DNA of 64,000 nt from Longimicrobiales bacterium. GTDB taxonomy: Bacteria > Gemmatimonadota > Gemmatimonadetes > Longimicrobiales > Gaopeijiaceae. Below, one piece after another: positions 48,799 through 58,623 of the stretch. Where the stretch lies: contig CBDFIQ010000001.1 of assembly GCA_965248195.1 (NCBI GenBank), positions 160,001 through 224,000 of the forward strand, in the 5' to 3' direction. Made by a program: the position numbers and the translations under genes. Position 1 is the stretch's first letter; the number at the start of each line of letters is the position of its first letter. Below the pieces are notes generated by a model. That model did not search any database. It saw nothing but the letters and a program-made list of their open reading frames with translations, and was not told the DNA's origin.

Positions 48799-50174
48799 GG
48801 TAGTGTCCCTAGATTTGTGTAAAAGCGGATAAGCTGGACAGGAGGGAAAGAAAAACGGAAGCTCCTCTGTTGTTGTTCACTGTCACATGAACCCGGGAGT
48901 CCGGGTCTGCAGAGCAGGCTCGGAACCGGAGAGGAGCTTCCGATGCAAGAGATTGTGGAGATCGGTCGGGCCACGCAAGACGAGCTACGCGATGATTTGC
49001 GCGAGCTGTTTCAAGGCGCGATCCGGCTGACGCTCGAGATGGTGCTGGAAGAGGAGCTGAAGGCCATGGTAGGTGCACGCCGCTTCGAGCGGGTGGGAAG
49101 CCGGAAGGACCATAGGAACGGCACATACCTGAGGCGGCTGCTGACGAGCCTGGGGCAGATCGAGGTCGCCATGCCCCGGAGCCGGGACAACGGTTCGCCG
49201 GCCGACGTGATCGGCCGCTACCAGCGCAGGAGCCCCGAGCTCGACGAGATGATGGTCGAGGCGTATGTGAGCGGCGTGTCACAGCGCAAGATGGGCGACG
49301 TCACCGAGGCGCTGATGGGCGAGCGTGTTGGGCGCTCGACGGTGAGTCGTGTGGCAAAACGGCTCGACGAGGCCGTGGAAGGGCTGCGCCGTGCGCCGAT
49401 CGAGGGGCCTCACCCCTATCTGTACCTGGACGCCACGTTCTTGGACGCCCGCTGGGCCCGCAAAGTCGAGAACGTGAGTGCGCTCGTGGCGTATGCAGTG
49501 GGCCCTGAGGGTCACCGACGGCTCCTGGCCGTCACGCTGGGCGCTGAGGAGTCGCAGCAGAGCTGGTCGGAGCTCCTCGAGCAACTCCAGGACCGCGGCC
49601 TCGGCGGTGTCGAGCTCGTGATCGCCGATGAGCACGCAGGCCTGGCAGCTGCGGTCCGCCGCTTCCTGCCCGAGGCACGCCGTCAGAGGTGTACGGTCCA
49701 TCTGCAGCGTAATGTGGGGGCGAGGGTCCCCCACCGCCTACGCAAGCGCGTGGCGCGTGAGGTCTCGGTGATCTTCCAGACATCCGGACTCGCCGAGGCG
49801 AAGAAGCTCCTGGGCGAGTTCGGCGCACGCTGGAAGAAGGAGCTGCCCGAGGCCGTGGAGGTCCTGGAGCGGGGCTTCGGGGCAGCGACGCAGTTCTACG
49901 CGTTCCCCGAGGCGCACTGGCCCCGGCTGCGTACCACCAACAGCCTCGAGCGGCTGCACGGCGAGATCAAACGCAGGATCAAGGCCGCCGGCGCCTTCCC
50001 GGACCGGGCCAGCGCCCTCAGGCTCATCACGGCCGTCGCACTCAGGACCACACACGTCTGGGGCGACCGGCGTTACCTCGACCTCTCACTCCTCCAGAAA
50101 CAGGAGGTCGCCCAAGCAGCCTAGCCGAAGGCGAGGAGCTTCCTCCGCTTTTACACACAAATCGGGACTTGACC
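48799..50174 (+). mobile_element. IS256-family insertion sequence, copy 2
   Basis: Same ends and length (1376 bp) as copy 1. No target duplication of its own. Confidence 0.96.
48943..50124 (+). CDS. IS256-family DDE transposase
   Basis: Protein identical to 25446-26627. Confidence 0.96.
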   Translation: MQEIVEIGRATQDELRDDLRELFQGAIRLTLEMVLEEELKAMVGARRFERVGSRKDHRNGTYLRRLLTSLGQIEVAMPRSRDNGSPADVIGRYQRRSPELDEMMVEAYVSGVSQRKMGDVTEALMGERVGRSTVSRVAKRLDEAVEGLRRAPIEGPHPYLYLDATFLDARWARKVENVSALVAYAVGPEGHRRLLAVTLGAEESQQSWSELLEQLQDRGLGGVELVIADEHAGLAAAVRRFLPEARRQRCTVHLQRNVGARVPHRLRKRVAREVSVIFQTSGLAEAKKLLGEFGARWKKELPEAVEVLERGFGAATQFYAFPEAHWPRLRTTNSLERLHGEIKRRIKAAGAFPDRASALRLITAVALRTTHVWGDRRYLDLSLLQKQEVAQAA

Positions 50175-50380
50175 GCCCATCATGAGCGGTAACGCACGAC
50201 GGTTCATCCTCGCGGCAAACAGCCTAGAGGTTGGAAAGAGTGTTAAGGTTTTCATTTGAACTACCTCCATTGAGGCTATGAATGTCAACGGGGAAGATGC
50301 GTTCAATCGGGTTCCGATGTCATACGTCGAATTACGTAGTAGATGAGTGCAGAGTACGTAGGGGGTTGCCGCTTGCCCTA

Positions 50381-50418
50381 CTCCACCACCACCTGCCTCA
50401 CCGTCTCACTCCAGAACG
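50381..50418. repeat. Dispersed 38-bp repeat, copy 2
   Basis: 35/38 identical to 4220-4257. Confidence 0.75.
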
Positions 50419-50580
50419 CCAGCCCGATCTGTGCGATGGCTGGATGGGACGAGAAAACGGCCACCTCCGAACGATGGGGATGGCCGGCCTTTCATGACGG
50501 TTGCCGGCTTCTCCCGTCAGTACCTAAAAAACGAAGCGCCCGATCAATGGAGGGTCTTGAGCTCTGTCCCAAATTCTGCT

Positions 50581-51027
50581 CTATGCTTTCCGGGACTCCA
50601 TCTGCTTTCTCAACCTGTCCAACGTATTCCTCAGTTCCTCAGAGAACGCGGCTTCGAGTACCTTCCGCGGAATCAGCTTGAGCACGCCCCGGCCCTTGCC
50701 GTCGATGTAGATGGTCACGCGCGTGCCCTGCTCGACCTTCTCCCACACAAATTCGCTCCGTACTGAAACCGATGACTTTCCCGTCGTCTCGTAGACGATC
50801 CGGCGCTCAGGCTCCAGTTCCTTCACCACATAGGTGTTCTTCACCTTGCGGCCAAGAAACCGATTTTCGTAGCGCTTCTCCGTTCCCACCATCGTCGGCC
50901 CCTCGGGATGCTTCTTGGCGAACTGTAGGTTCGGTTGCCATTCGATCTCCCTGGAGACGTCGTCCATATACGCGAAGACTTCGGAGACCGGCCGCCTAAT
51001 GACGATGCTCGCGGACGAACGACTCAT
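50581..51027 (-). CDS. SRPBCC (START/polyketide cyclase) family protein
   Basis: SIVIRRPVSEVFAYMDD..EWQP, EPERRIVY and GTRVT motifs. Confidence 0.85.
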   Translation of the reverse strand: MSRSSASIVIRRPVSEVFAYMDDVSREIEWQPNLQFAKKHPEGPTMVGTEKRYENRFLGRKVKNTYVVKELEPERRIVYETTGKSSVSVRSEFVWEKVEQGTRVTIYIDGKGRGVLKLIPRKVLEAAFSEELRNTLDRLRKQMESRKA

Positions 51028-51185
51028 TCTGCGGCTACTGGCCCCTCAGGTGTCTCACTAATACTGTCCGCGCCGGTGCGCTCGTGGCTCACACGCGAAC
51101 CCATCAATGTCTGTGCTTCACACGCGGATACATTCGCCACAAGGAGTGCGGGCAAGAGGACCAGGACAGCGTGGACATTCTTCAT
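51024..51185 (-). CDS. Short 53-aa ORF with signal peptide, probably a truncated exported-protein gene
   Basis: GAGGA RBS, MKNVHAVLVLLPALLVANVSACEAQ. Stop overlaps the SRPBCC ATG. Too short for the supplied ORF track. Confidence 0.5.
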   Translation of the reverse strand: MKNVHAVLVLLPALLVANVSACEAQTLMGSRVSHERTGADSISETPEGPVAAE

Positions 51186-51207
51186 GCGAGCAGTCCTCGG
51201 CGTGGGA

Positions 51208-51268
51208 GGATCAGACTGCGGTCAACATCCGAGGGCGGGCCGGTGGGCGCAAGCAGAAGCCCGCCAGA
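51208..51268 (-). promoter_or_regulatory. Conserved promoter-like element, copy B
   Basis: TTGCGC-N17-GATGTT upstream of ATG 51185. Confidence 0.65.
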
Positions 51269-51291
51269 TGGAGCAGGCTGGAGCGCGACGG

Positions 51292-51744
51292 CTAATCCCT
51301 TGCACACACCTCCACTAGCCCGCCCTCGCAGGCTCGCTGGTAGAGGCTGAGGGCGCGGTCGACGTCCTGCGTCACGCCCTGGCCGTTCACATATATGAGC
51401 CCGAGGTTGGCACAGCCCTCCATCACACCACCCTCGCAGGCTTGTTCAAAGAGGCTGGCGGCGCGGGGGAAGTCCTGCGTGACCCCTACTCCGTTGCCAT
51501 ATAGGAGCCCGAGGTCGAAGCAGCCCTGCATCGCTCCACCCTCGCAGGCTTGCCGGTAGAGGCTGGTGGCGCGGGCGAGGTCCTGCGTGACGGCCTCACC
51601 CGTGGCATACATGGACCCGAGGTCGCTGCAGGCCGCGCCGATCCCGGCATCGCAGGACCGGCGCAATCCTTCGGCATCCTGACTCACCGATGGACATGCC
51701 AACAGGCCGAGGAAGAGAACGACGAGCAAGGACCTCCGGTTCAT
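51292..51744 (-). CDS. Exported Sel1-repeat protein (Cys-paired, Hcp-like)
   Basis: AAGGAG RBS, signal peptide, repeats of ACxxG..GC.NLG..Y..G.GV.QD..RA. Confidence 0.88.
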   Translation of the reverse strand: MNRRSLLVVLFLGLLACPSVSQDAEGLRRSCDAGIGAACSDLGSMYATGEAVTQDLARATSLYRQACEGGAMQGCFDLGLLYGNGVGVTQDFPRAASLFEQACEGGVMEGCANLGLIYVNGQGVTQDVDRALSLYQRACEGGLVEVCARD

Positions 51745-51761
51745 AGGCTGGCTCCTTGGTG

Positions 51762-51814
51762 GGATCAGACCGAGGTCAACATCCCAGAGCGGACCGGTAG
51801 GCGCAAGCAGAAGC
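51762..51814 (-). promoter_or_regulatory. Conserved promoter-like element, copy C
   Basis: TTGCGC-N17-GATGTT upstream of the Sel1 gene ATG 51744. Confidence 0.65.
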
Positions 51815-51918
51815 ACCACCATGGCCACCATTAACATCGAGCACCCGGTATTCGGGTGCCGGTGAGGCGTCAAAATGGCTATCATTCGGGCCGTTTGGCC
51901 GACTGGCAAGGAGCGTTC

Positions 51919-53328
51919 ATGACGTCGGAACTGGGGACAGCGGACCACCCGCTCAGGGTGGCCATCATCGGGTCCGGGCCGGCTGGGTTTTATACCGCCG
52001 ACCACCTTCTCAAGCAGAGCGATGTTCATGTCCAGGTCGACATGTTCGAGCGTCTCCCGACTCCCTTCGGCCTCGTGCGTTTTGGTGTCGCCCCGGATCA
52101 CCAGAAGATCAAGAACGTCACGCGGGTGTTCGACCGCATCGCCCAGAAAGAGACGTTCCGGTTTTACGGCGATGTGGAGGTGGGAAAGGACATCAGCCTG
52201 ACCGACCTCAGCCAGCACTTTCACCAAATCTGCTTTTCCACCGGCGCCGAGACAGATCGGCGGATGGGGATCCCCGGCGAGGATCTCACACGAAGCCACA
52301 CCGCCACCGAATTCGTGGCATGGTTCAACGGCCACCCTGACTACCGGGACCATCAGTTCGATTTCTCCGCCGAGCGTGTCGCCGTGGTGGGCGTCGGAAA
52401 CGTCGCGGTAGACGTCGCACGGATCTTGTGCCGCACGCCCGATGAGTTGGCGGAGACCGACATCGCCGACCACGCACTCGAAGCGTTGAGCCAGAGCAAA
52501 GTGCGCGAGGTGACCATGCTCGGCCGGCGCGGGCCCCTCCAGGCCGCCTTCACGAATCCGGAAGTTCGGGAACTGGGCGAGCTGATGGGCGCGGACATCC
52601 ACGTCCCTCCGGAAGACGTGCGCCTCGATTCCCTCAGCCAGGCCGAGCTCGAGAACACGGATGACGACACCCTGCAGAAGAAGATGGCGATTCTCGAAGA
52701 CTTCGCGCAGCGGCCCCCTGAGGGTAAGGAGCGCTTGCTCACGCTTCGGTTCCTGGTCTCACCCACGGAGCTGATTGCCGACGACGACGGCGGGGTCCGG
52801 GCCATACGAATCGTGAACAACGAGCTCGTCTCGGATGCGGGGAAACTGCGCCCTCGCGCCACTGAGCAGACCGAAGAGCTTCCCGTGGACCTAGTGTTTC
52901 GATCGGTCGGATACCGAGGCCTCCCCGTGGAGGGTCTTCCCTTCAACGAGAGCTGGGCAGTGGTCCCGAATGAGAGCGGCCGCGTGACCGAGCCCGAGAC
53001 CGAGAAACCCGTGCGGGGGATGTACGTGAGCGGCTGGATCAAGCGTGGGCCGACCGGAGTGATCGGAACGAACAAGAAAGACGGGACGGAGACCGCCGGC
53101 GCCATGCTGGAAGACGCAGGGTCGTCCTCCGTCCTCGATCCGGCGCATCCCGATCCCACGGCCCTCGACGCGCTGGTTCGGGAGCGTCAGCCCCACATGG
53201 TGAACTATGAGGACTGGAGCCGATTGGATGCGCTGGAGCAGTCGCGAGGCGAAGCTGGTGGGCGGCCACGCGTGAAGTTCACGTCACGGGCCGAGATGCG
53301 AGCCGCGCTGACGGGAGCGCGGCGTTAG
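51919..53328 (+). CDS. Ferredoxin-NADP+ reductase (adrenodoxin reductase/FprA-like)
   Basis: AAGGAG RBS. IIGSGPAG, PFGLVRFGVAPDH, GVGNVAVDVAR, GWIKRGPTGVIG and PRVK motifs. Confidence 0.92.
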   Translation: MTSELGTADHPLRVAIIGSGPAGFYTADHLLKQSDVHVQVDMFERLPTPFGLVRFGVAPDHQKIKNVTRVFDRIAQKETFRFYGDVEVGKDISLTDLSQHFHQICFSTGAETDRRMGIPGEDLTRSHTATEFVAWFNGHPDYRDHQFDFSAERVAVVGVGNVAVDVARILCRTPDELAETDIADHALEALSQSKVREVTMLGRRGPLQAAFTNPEVRELGELMGADIHVPPEDVRLDSLSQAELENTDDDTLQKKMAILEDFAQRPPEGKERLLTLRFLVSPTELIADDDGGVRAIRIVNNELVSDAGKLRPRATEQTEELPVDLVFRSVGYRGLPVEGLPFNESWAVVPNESGRVTEPETEKPVRGMYVSGWIKRGPTGVIGTNKKDGTETAGAMLEDAGSSSVLDPAHPDPTALDALVRERQPHMVNYEDWSRLDALEQSRGEAGGRPRVKFTSRAEMRAALTGARR

Positions 53329-54238
53329 CTGACCCCCTCAGACGATCCAAAGTGCTCAAGCGCCCGAATTGCCCGCACCAGGATGAACTCAGCGAATGGA
53401 CCTGCGTTTTTTAGAGAGCCGCATATAAAAGATCTAGGATGTCGCATACGATACCCCTAACGCGACACGAACGTCCTCGGAAACCCACTGAGGATTGGCG
53501 ACCATGCTGAAAACCGCACTCCGGCCGATAGGAACTGGGCGGACGCGAGGAGGAGCGGGAGCAGCAAACCGCAGGCCTACCTGGGCATGGTGCGAGATAA
53601 TTCGAGCGTGCTCTCAAGGGCAGATCGCGCGTCGACGAGTGTGTTGAGGAAAGTCAACTGAAACACGACGTCCCTCAGAGAACGCCGCAGTTCAGCGTGT
53701 ACAGGTGACCCTGGGGCAACTCGTGAGGCCAGTTGGGACAACGTCAGGCTATCGATGACCGCGACGCCGAAAGAGGAGAGGGCCGTCTCGAGGCGAGCCT
53801 GGTATTGTCCGACGCGTCGTTCGTTCCCGCCGATGTCCTCTGCCGTTCGGTAGTAGGCCAGGATGGCGGACCGTAGCTCTTCATCCTCAATGGTCTGGAG
53901 CGCGCCGGAAGCCAGCATCTCTTGGTAGGAATCGTCCGAGAGGTCGAACTCGGGGAACGCGGTAAAGGACAGTAACGGTCGCCCAAGTGGGTCCCACGCT
54001 CCGGTGAACGTGCCACGACCTTGAGCCTCAAGCAGGGCCCGGGCGCGCTCGGGATTCACCAAAGAATCCGGGGGCGCGAGAACTCGAGATCGGCCTCGTC
54101 GGCCCTGAGATCGGCTGCGAGGCGACCGATCAGGTGCTGCTCGAGTACCCGATCTGACCGATAGTCACGCCAGTCGTCTACAGCCAGGGCGACCAATACC
54201 CCCAAGACGATAACGATGAACTCTGAATCGCCCCGGGT

Positions 54239-55174
54239 TCATCGGAGACTGTTTGACTTGAGTGTCAGAGGCTCACCTGGAGCGTCCTGACGCGAATAAT
54301 ACAACTCTTCGTACTCGGCCGGCGGGATATGGCCGTGGGGCTCGAAGAGGCGATGGTGATTGAACCACCAGACCCATTCGAGGGTGGCGAGCTCGATGTC
54401 TTCGAGGGTGCGCCACGGACCGCGTGGACGAATGAGCTCGGTCTTGTAGAGTCCGATGATCGTCTCGGCCAGGGCGTTGTCATACGAATCCCCCCGGCTG
54501 CCTACGGACGGCTCGATGCCTGCCAACGCCAGGCGCTCGGTGTAGCGGATAGACAGGTACTGCCCCCCGCGGTCGCTGTGATGCACCAGGCGCTTGTCTG
54601 CGTCGTCCTCGCGTTCACAGATCGCCTGCTCGAGAGCGTCGAGCGCTAAGTCACTGCGTAATGAGTTCGAGACCCGCCATCCGACGATGCGACGGCTGAA
54701 CGCATCGATCACGAACGCCACGAAGACAAACGCATGGCCCGTCCGCACGTACGTGAGGTCCGAGACCCACAGCTCGTTGGGACGTGCCGCGCTGAAGTCT
54801 CGGTTCACGAGGTCCAGCGGGCGCTCGTCGCCCTCCGCCGTGTGCGTTGTCACCTTGAAGCGCCGCCCTCGCGTAACCCCACAAAGCTCCAGTTCCTTCA
54901 TGAGCCGAGCCACCGTGCATCGAGCCACGGTGATGCCTTCCCGGTTCAGCTGCTTCCACACCTTCTTCGCCCCGTAGACCTGGAAGTTCTGCATCCACAC
55001 TCGACGGATCTCCGGCTTCAGCATCTCGTCGCGCTGAGCCCGGACCGATCGTAGCGTCGGATCTGCCTGCATCGCCTTGTGCGTGTAGTAGGTCGACGGA
55101 GCGATCGGCAGTACCTCGCAGATCGGCTCGACTCCGTACGTGGGCCGGTAATCGTCGATGAAGGCCACCATCAC
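54239..55174 (-). CDS. IS3 transposase OrfB (integrase core DDE)
   Basis: [17 protein letters not shown] and DNALAE motifs. Confidence 0.95.
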   Translation of the reverse strand: MMVAFIDDYRPTYGVEPICEVLPIAPSTYYTHKAMQADPTLRSVRAQRDEMLKPEIRRVWMQNFQVYGAKKVWKQLNREGITVARCTVARLMKELELCGVTRGRRFKVTTHTAEGDERPLDLVNRDFSAARPNELWVSDLTYVRTGHAFVFVAFVIDAFSRRIVGWRVSNSLRSDLALDALEQAICEREDDADKRLVHHSDRGGQYLSIRYTERLALAGIEPSVGSRGDSYDNALAETIIGLYKTELIRPRGPWRTLEDIELATLEWVWWFNHHRLFEPHGHIPPAEYEELYYSRQDAPGEPLTLKSNSLR

Positions 55175-55491
55175 CGAACTCGGCGGTCGAGCTCCGCCTG
55201 TGCGAAATACGCCGATGCCTTACGCAGAATCTCGTTCGCCCGCTTCAGCTCACGATTCTCACGCTCCAGCACCTTCAGTCGCTCACGCTCTTCTGTCTTG
55301 AGACCGGGCCGTTGCCCCGTGTCTCGCTCCGCTCGTCGAACCCATTTACGTAGCGTCTCCGCCGTGCACCCGATCTTCTCCGAGATCGAGCAGATCGCCG
55401 CCCACTGTGAGCTGTACTCAGGCTCGTGCTCGAAAACCATCCGAACGGCTCGCTCCCGTACCTCTGGGGAGTACTGTCCTTTCCTTTTCAT
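55171..55491 (-). CDS. IS3 transposase OrfA (HTH and leucine zipper)
   Basis: [20 protein letters not shown] and [22 protein letters not shown] motifs. Confidence 0.95.
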   Translation of the reverse strand: MKRKGQYSPEVRERAVRMVFEHEPEYSSQWAAICSISEKIGCTAETLRKWVRRAERDTGQRPGLKTEERERLKVLERENRELKRANEILRKASAYFAQAELDRRVR

Positions 55492-56229
55492 GACTCCATC
55501 CTCTCAACTGATGGAGTCTCCGGCAAACCCGGGGTGATTCACTCCCCGAGCCAGCGAACTGGCCACTTCTTGTTCAAGCGTCCACCCTCAATCTGAAGTT
55601 GAAGCCAACTCGGAGGCCTACTTCCGAAGTGATGTCGCATAAGGAGAGTAGTCGAATCCAAGGTGTGCGCCGTTCGTGCAATTCTTCCACCGACATCTCT
55701 TACCTGATGCGTGAGTCAGTTGGCCCAGCGCATGTCCGATAACGAATAAGGATTGTTTCCGCACTCTACAGGCGGGCGGGTAGGAAGGCCAGGCTGCTGG
55801 GAGTGCGGAAAGGATCGGTTGAACGAAGCCGCTACGCGGTGGGTGGGGCTATGGAGATTGGAGTGCGTCGAAGTGCGTACGGGATGACCTGAGGCACGCG
55901 AGATGGCTGGACGGAGCTACCGAAGAGCGTGGCAGAGCGCCCCGGTACGACGATATGGGAAGGGTTGAAGGGGCTGTGGCCGACGTAGGCACAGTCGGGT
56001 CCATCGCCGCCGTTGAGGAACAGCCACGTATCAGGATGCGACACGGTGGACCCATGGGTTCGGAGGAGGAGGTCGCCCGAGGACCTGCACACACTGTAGC
56101 ACGCCCTTTCTACAGCTGGGATAGACGTGCAGATCACGAGGCCGTAGATCGAGGAGGATCTCATCGCCATCGAGGGACTCTGGTTGCGGATCGAGGGAGA
56201 CTGCTGGCTGCCCGAGTGCCTCGCGAGAG

Positions 56230-57605
56230 GGTCAAGTCCCGATTTGTGTGTAAAAGCGGAGGAAGCTCCTCGCCTTCGGCTAGGCTGCTTGGGCGACCTC
56301 CTGTTTCTGGAGGAGTGAGAGGTCGAGGTAACGCCGGTCGCCCCAGACGTGTGTGGTCCTGAGTGCGACGGCCGTGATGAGCCTGAGGGCGCTGGCCCGG
56401 TCCGGGAAGGCGCCGGCGGCCTTGATCCTGCGTTTGATCTCGCCGTGCAGCCGCTCGAGGCTGTTGGTGGTACGCAGCCGGGGCCAGTGCGCCTCGGGGA
56501 ACGCGTAGAACTGCGTCGCTGCCCCGAAGCCCCGCTCCAGGACCTCCACGGCCTCGGGCAGCTCCTTCTTCCAGCGTGCGCCGAACTCGCCCAGGAGCTT
56601 CTTCGCCTCGGCGAGTCCGGATGTCTGGAAGATCACCGAGACCTCACGCGCCACGCGCTTGCGTAGGCGGTGGGGGACCCTCGCCCCCACATTACGCTGC
56701 AGATGGACCGTACACCTCTGACGGCGTGCCTCGGGCAGGAAGCGGCGGACCGCAGCTGCCAGGCCTGCGTGCTCATCGGCGATCACGAGCTCGACACCGC
56801 CGAGGCCGCGGTCCTGGAGTTGCTCGAGGAGCTCCGACCAGCTCTGCTGCGACTCCTCAGCGCCCAGCGTGACGGCCAGGAGCCGTCGGTGACCCTCAGG
56901 GCCCACTGCATACGCCACGAGCGCACTCACGTTCTCGACTTTGCGGGCCCAGCGGGCGTCCAAGAACGTGGCGTCCAGGTACAGATAGGGGTGAGGCCCC
57001 TCGATCGGCGCACGGCGCAGCCCTTCCACGGCCTCGTCGAGCCGTTTTGCCACACGACTCACCGTCGAGCGCCCAACACGCTCGCCCATCAGCGCCTCGG
57101 TGACGTCGCCCATCTTGCGCTGTGACACGCCGCTCACATACGCCTCGACCATCATCTCGTCGAGCTCGGGGCTCCTGCGCTGGTAGCGGCCGATCACGTC
57201 GGCCGGCGAACCGTTGTCCCGGCTCCGGGGCATGGCGACCTCGATCTGCCCCAGGCTCGTCAGCAGCCGCCTCAGGTATGTGCCGTTCCTATGGTCCTTC
57301 CGGCTTCCCACCCGCTCGAAGCGGCGTGCACCTACCATGGCCTTCAGCTCCTCTTCCAGCACCATCTCGAGCGTCAGCCGGATCGCGCCTTGAAACAGCT
57401 CGCGCAAATCATCGCGTAGCTCGTCTTGCGTGGCCCGACCGATCTCCACAATCTCTTGCATCGGAAGCTCCTCTCCGGTTCCGAGCCTGCTCTGCAGACC
57501 CGGACTCCCGGGTTCATGTGACAGTGAACAACAACAGAGGAGCTTCCGTTTTTCTTTCCCTCCTGTCCAGCTTATCCGCTTTTACACAAATCTAGGGACA
57601 CTACC
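56230..57605 (-). mobile_element. IS256-family insertion sequence, copy 3
   Basis: 1376 bp. 8-bp target duplication CGCGAGAG at 56222-56229 and 57606-57613. Confidence 0.96.
56280..57461 (-). CDS. IS256-family DDE transposase
   Basis: Protein identical to the other three copies. Confidence 0.96.
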   Translation of the reverse strand: MQEIVEIGRATQDELRDDLRELFQGAIRLTLEMVLEEELKAMVGARRFERVGSRKDHRNGTYLRRLLTSLGQIEVAMPRSRDNGSPADVIGRYQRRSPELDEMMVEAYVSGVSQRKMGDVTEALMGERVGRSTVSRVAKRLDEAVEGLRRAPIEGPHPYLYLDATFLDARWARKVENVSALVAYAVGPEGHRRLLAVTLGAEESQQSWSELLEQLQDRGLGGVELVIADEHAGLAAAVRRFLPEARRQRCTVHLQRNVGARVPHRLRKRVAREVSVIFQTSGLAEAKKLLGEFGARWKKELPEAVEVLERGFGAATQFYAFPEAHWPRLRTTNSLERLHGEIKRRIKAAGAFPDRASALRLITAVALRTTHVWGDRRYLDLSLLQKQEVAQAA

Positions 57606-58623
57606 CGCGAGAGCATGCGAGCAGTCGAGCGCGGCTGGCGTTGGCGAAGATCCCGTAGTAGCGGATACGCACGAAGCCCTTCGGTAAGACGTGTAGCAGG
57701 AAGCGACGGGCGAACTCGTGGAGGGGAAGCATGAGAGTCCGGGCCCTGCGACCTCGGTAGTCCTTGTAGCGGAAGCACACAGACTGGTCGTCTACGTGGA
57801 GCAGACGATGGTTCGAGATCGCGACTCGGTGGGTATAGCGAGCCAGGTACTCGAGAACGGGCTTCGGACCGTCGAAGGGGGGTTTGGCATAGACGACCCA
57901 CTCAGTCTGGCGAGCCGCGTTGAGGTGGCGCGCGAACGCCGCGCGTGAGCGGTAGCGGGCGAGGGCACCGTGCAACTCGAGGCTCCCGTCCCGAAACGCA
58001 TCCCAGAGTCCTGCGGTGAACTTTCCCCGGAACAAACGACTGAGCACGCGCACCGGCAGGAAGAAGCCCGGCCGACAAGGACGCCATGTACGGTCACCTT
58101 CCGCCAGGCCGCCCGCTGGGACAACGCAGTGTACGTGCGGATGATGGACCAGCGTCTGGCCCCAAGTATGCAGGACGGCGAAGAACCCGATCCGTGCGCC
58201 GAGATGCTTCGGGTTCAGGGCGACATCCTGCAGCGTCCGCCCCACGGTACGAAGCAGGAGACCGTAGAAAACGCGTGGGTTCTGCAGCGCCAACGGTGCC
58301 AGGCTCTGCGGCACAGTGAAGACGACGTGCGCGTAGGGCACAGGTAACACCTCGGCCTGGCGTGCCTCGAGCCAGTCCGCTTGGGCACTACCCTGGCACT
58401 TTGGACAGTGACGGTTGCGGCACGAGTTGTACGAGATCCTCCGGTGACCGCAGGCGTCGCAGGCGTCGATGTGACCACCCAGCCGTGCGGTTCGGCAGGC
58501 GGTGATCGCCTCGACGACCGCACGTTGCTCCCAACTCCATCTCGCCCCGGATCCCAGCGAGCGCGGCGCTTCGCGGTACTCTTGGAAGACCTCGGCAAGC
58601 TCGTGCCGGGGTCGCTTGGTCAC

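Larger units (their letters stand above)
54224..55541 (-). mobile_element. IS3-family insertion sequence (IS51-group-like, 1318 bp)
   Basis: IRs TGAATCACCCCGGGTTTGCCGGAGAC / TGAATCGCCCCGGGTTCATCGGAGAC. 3-bp target duplication CTC. Confidence 0.95.
53577..55577 (-). pseudogene. DUF6090-like gene interrupted by IS3 and frameshifted
   Basis: TTG 55577 gives MNKKWPVRWLGE, then the IS, then FIVIVLGVLVALAVDDW. A frame change near 54060 leads to YQEMLASGALQTIEDEELR. Confidence 0.75.
56031..58623 (-). pseudogene. IS91-family (Y2/HUH) transposase interrupted by IS256 copy 3
   Basis: Zn motifs SCRNRHCPKCQ, LHTWG..HPHVH, YLARYTHRVAI, GFVRIRYYG. The frame resumes across the IS as EALGQ..YPSCRKG..VAS-stop at 56031. 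Confidence 0.92.

Noticed and set aside
51292..52602. 436-aa ORF as called in the track
   Set aside because: The first 286 codons are mostly antisense to the ferredoxin reductase. The real gene starts at 51744 after AAGGAG.
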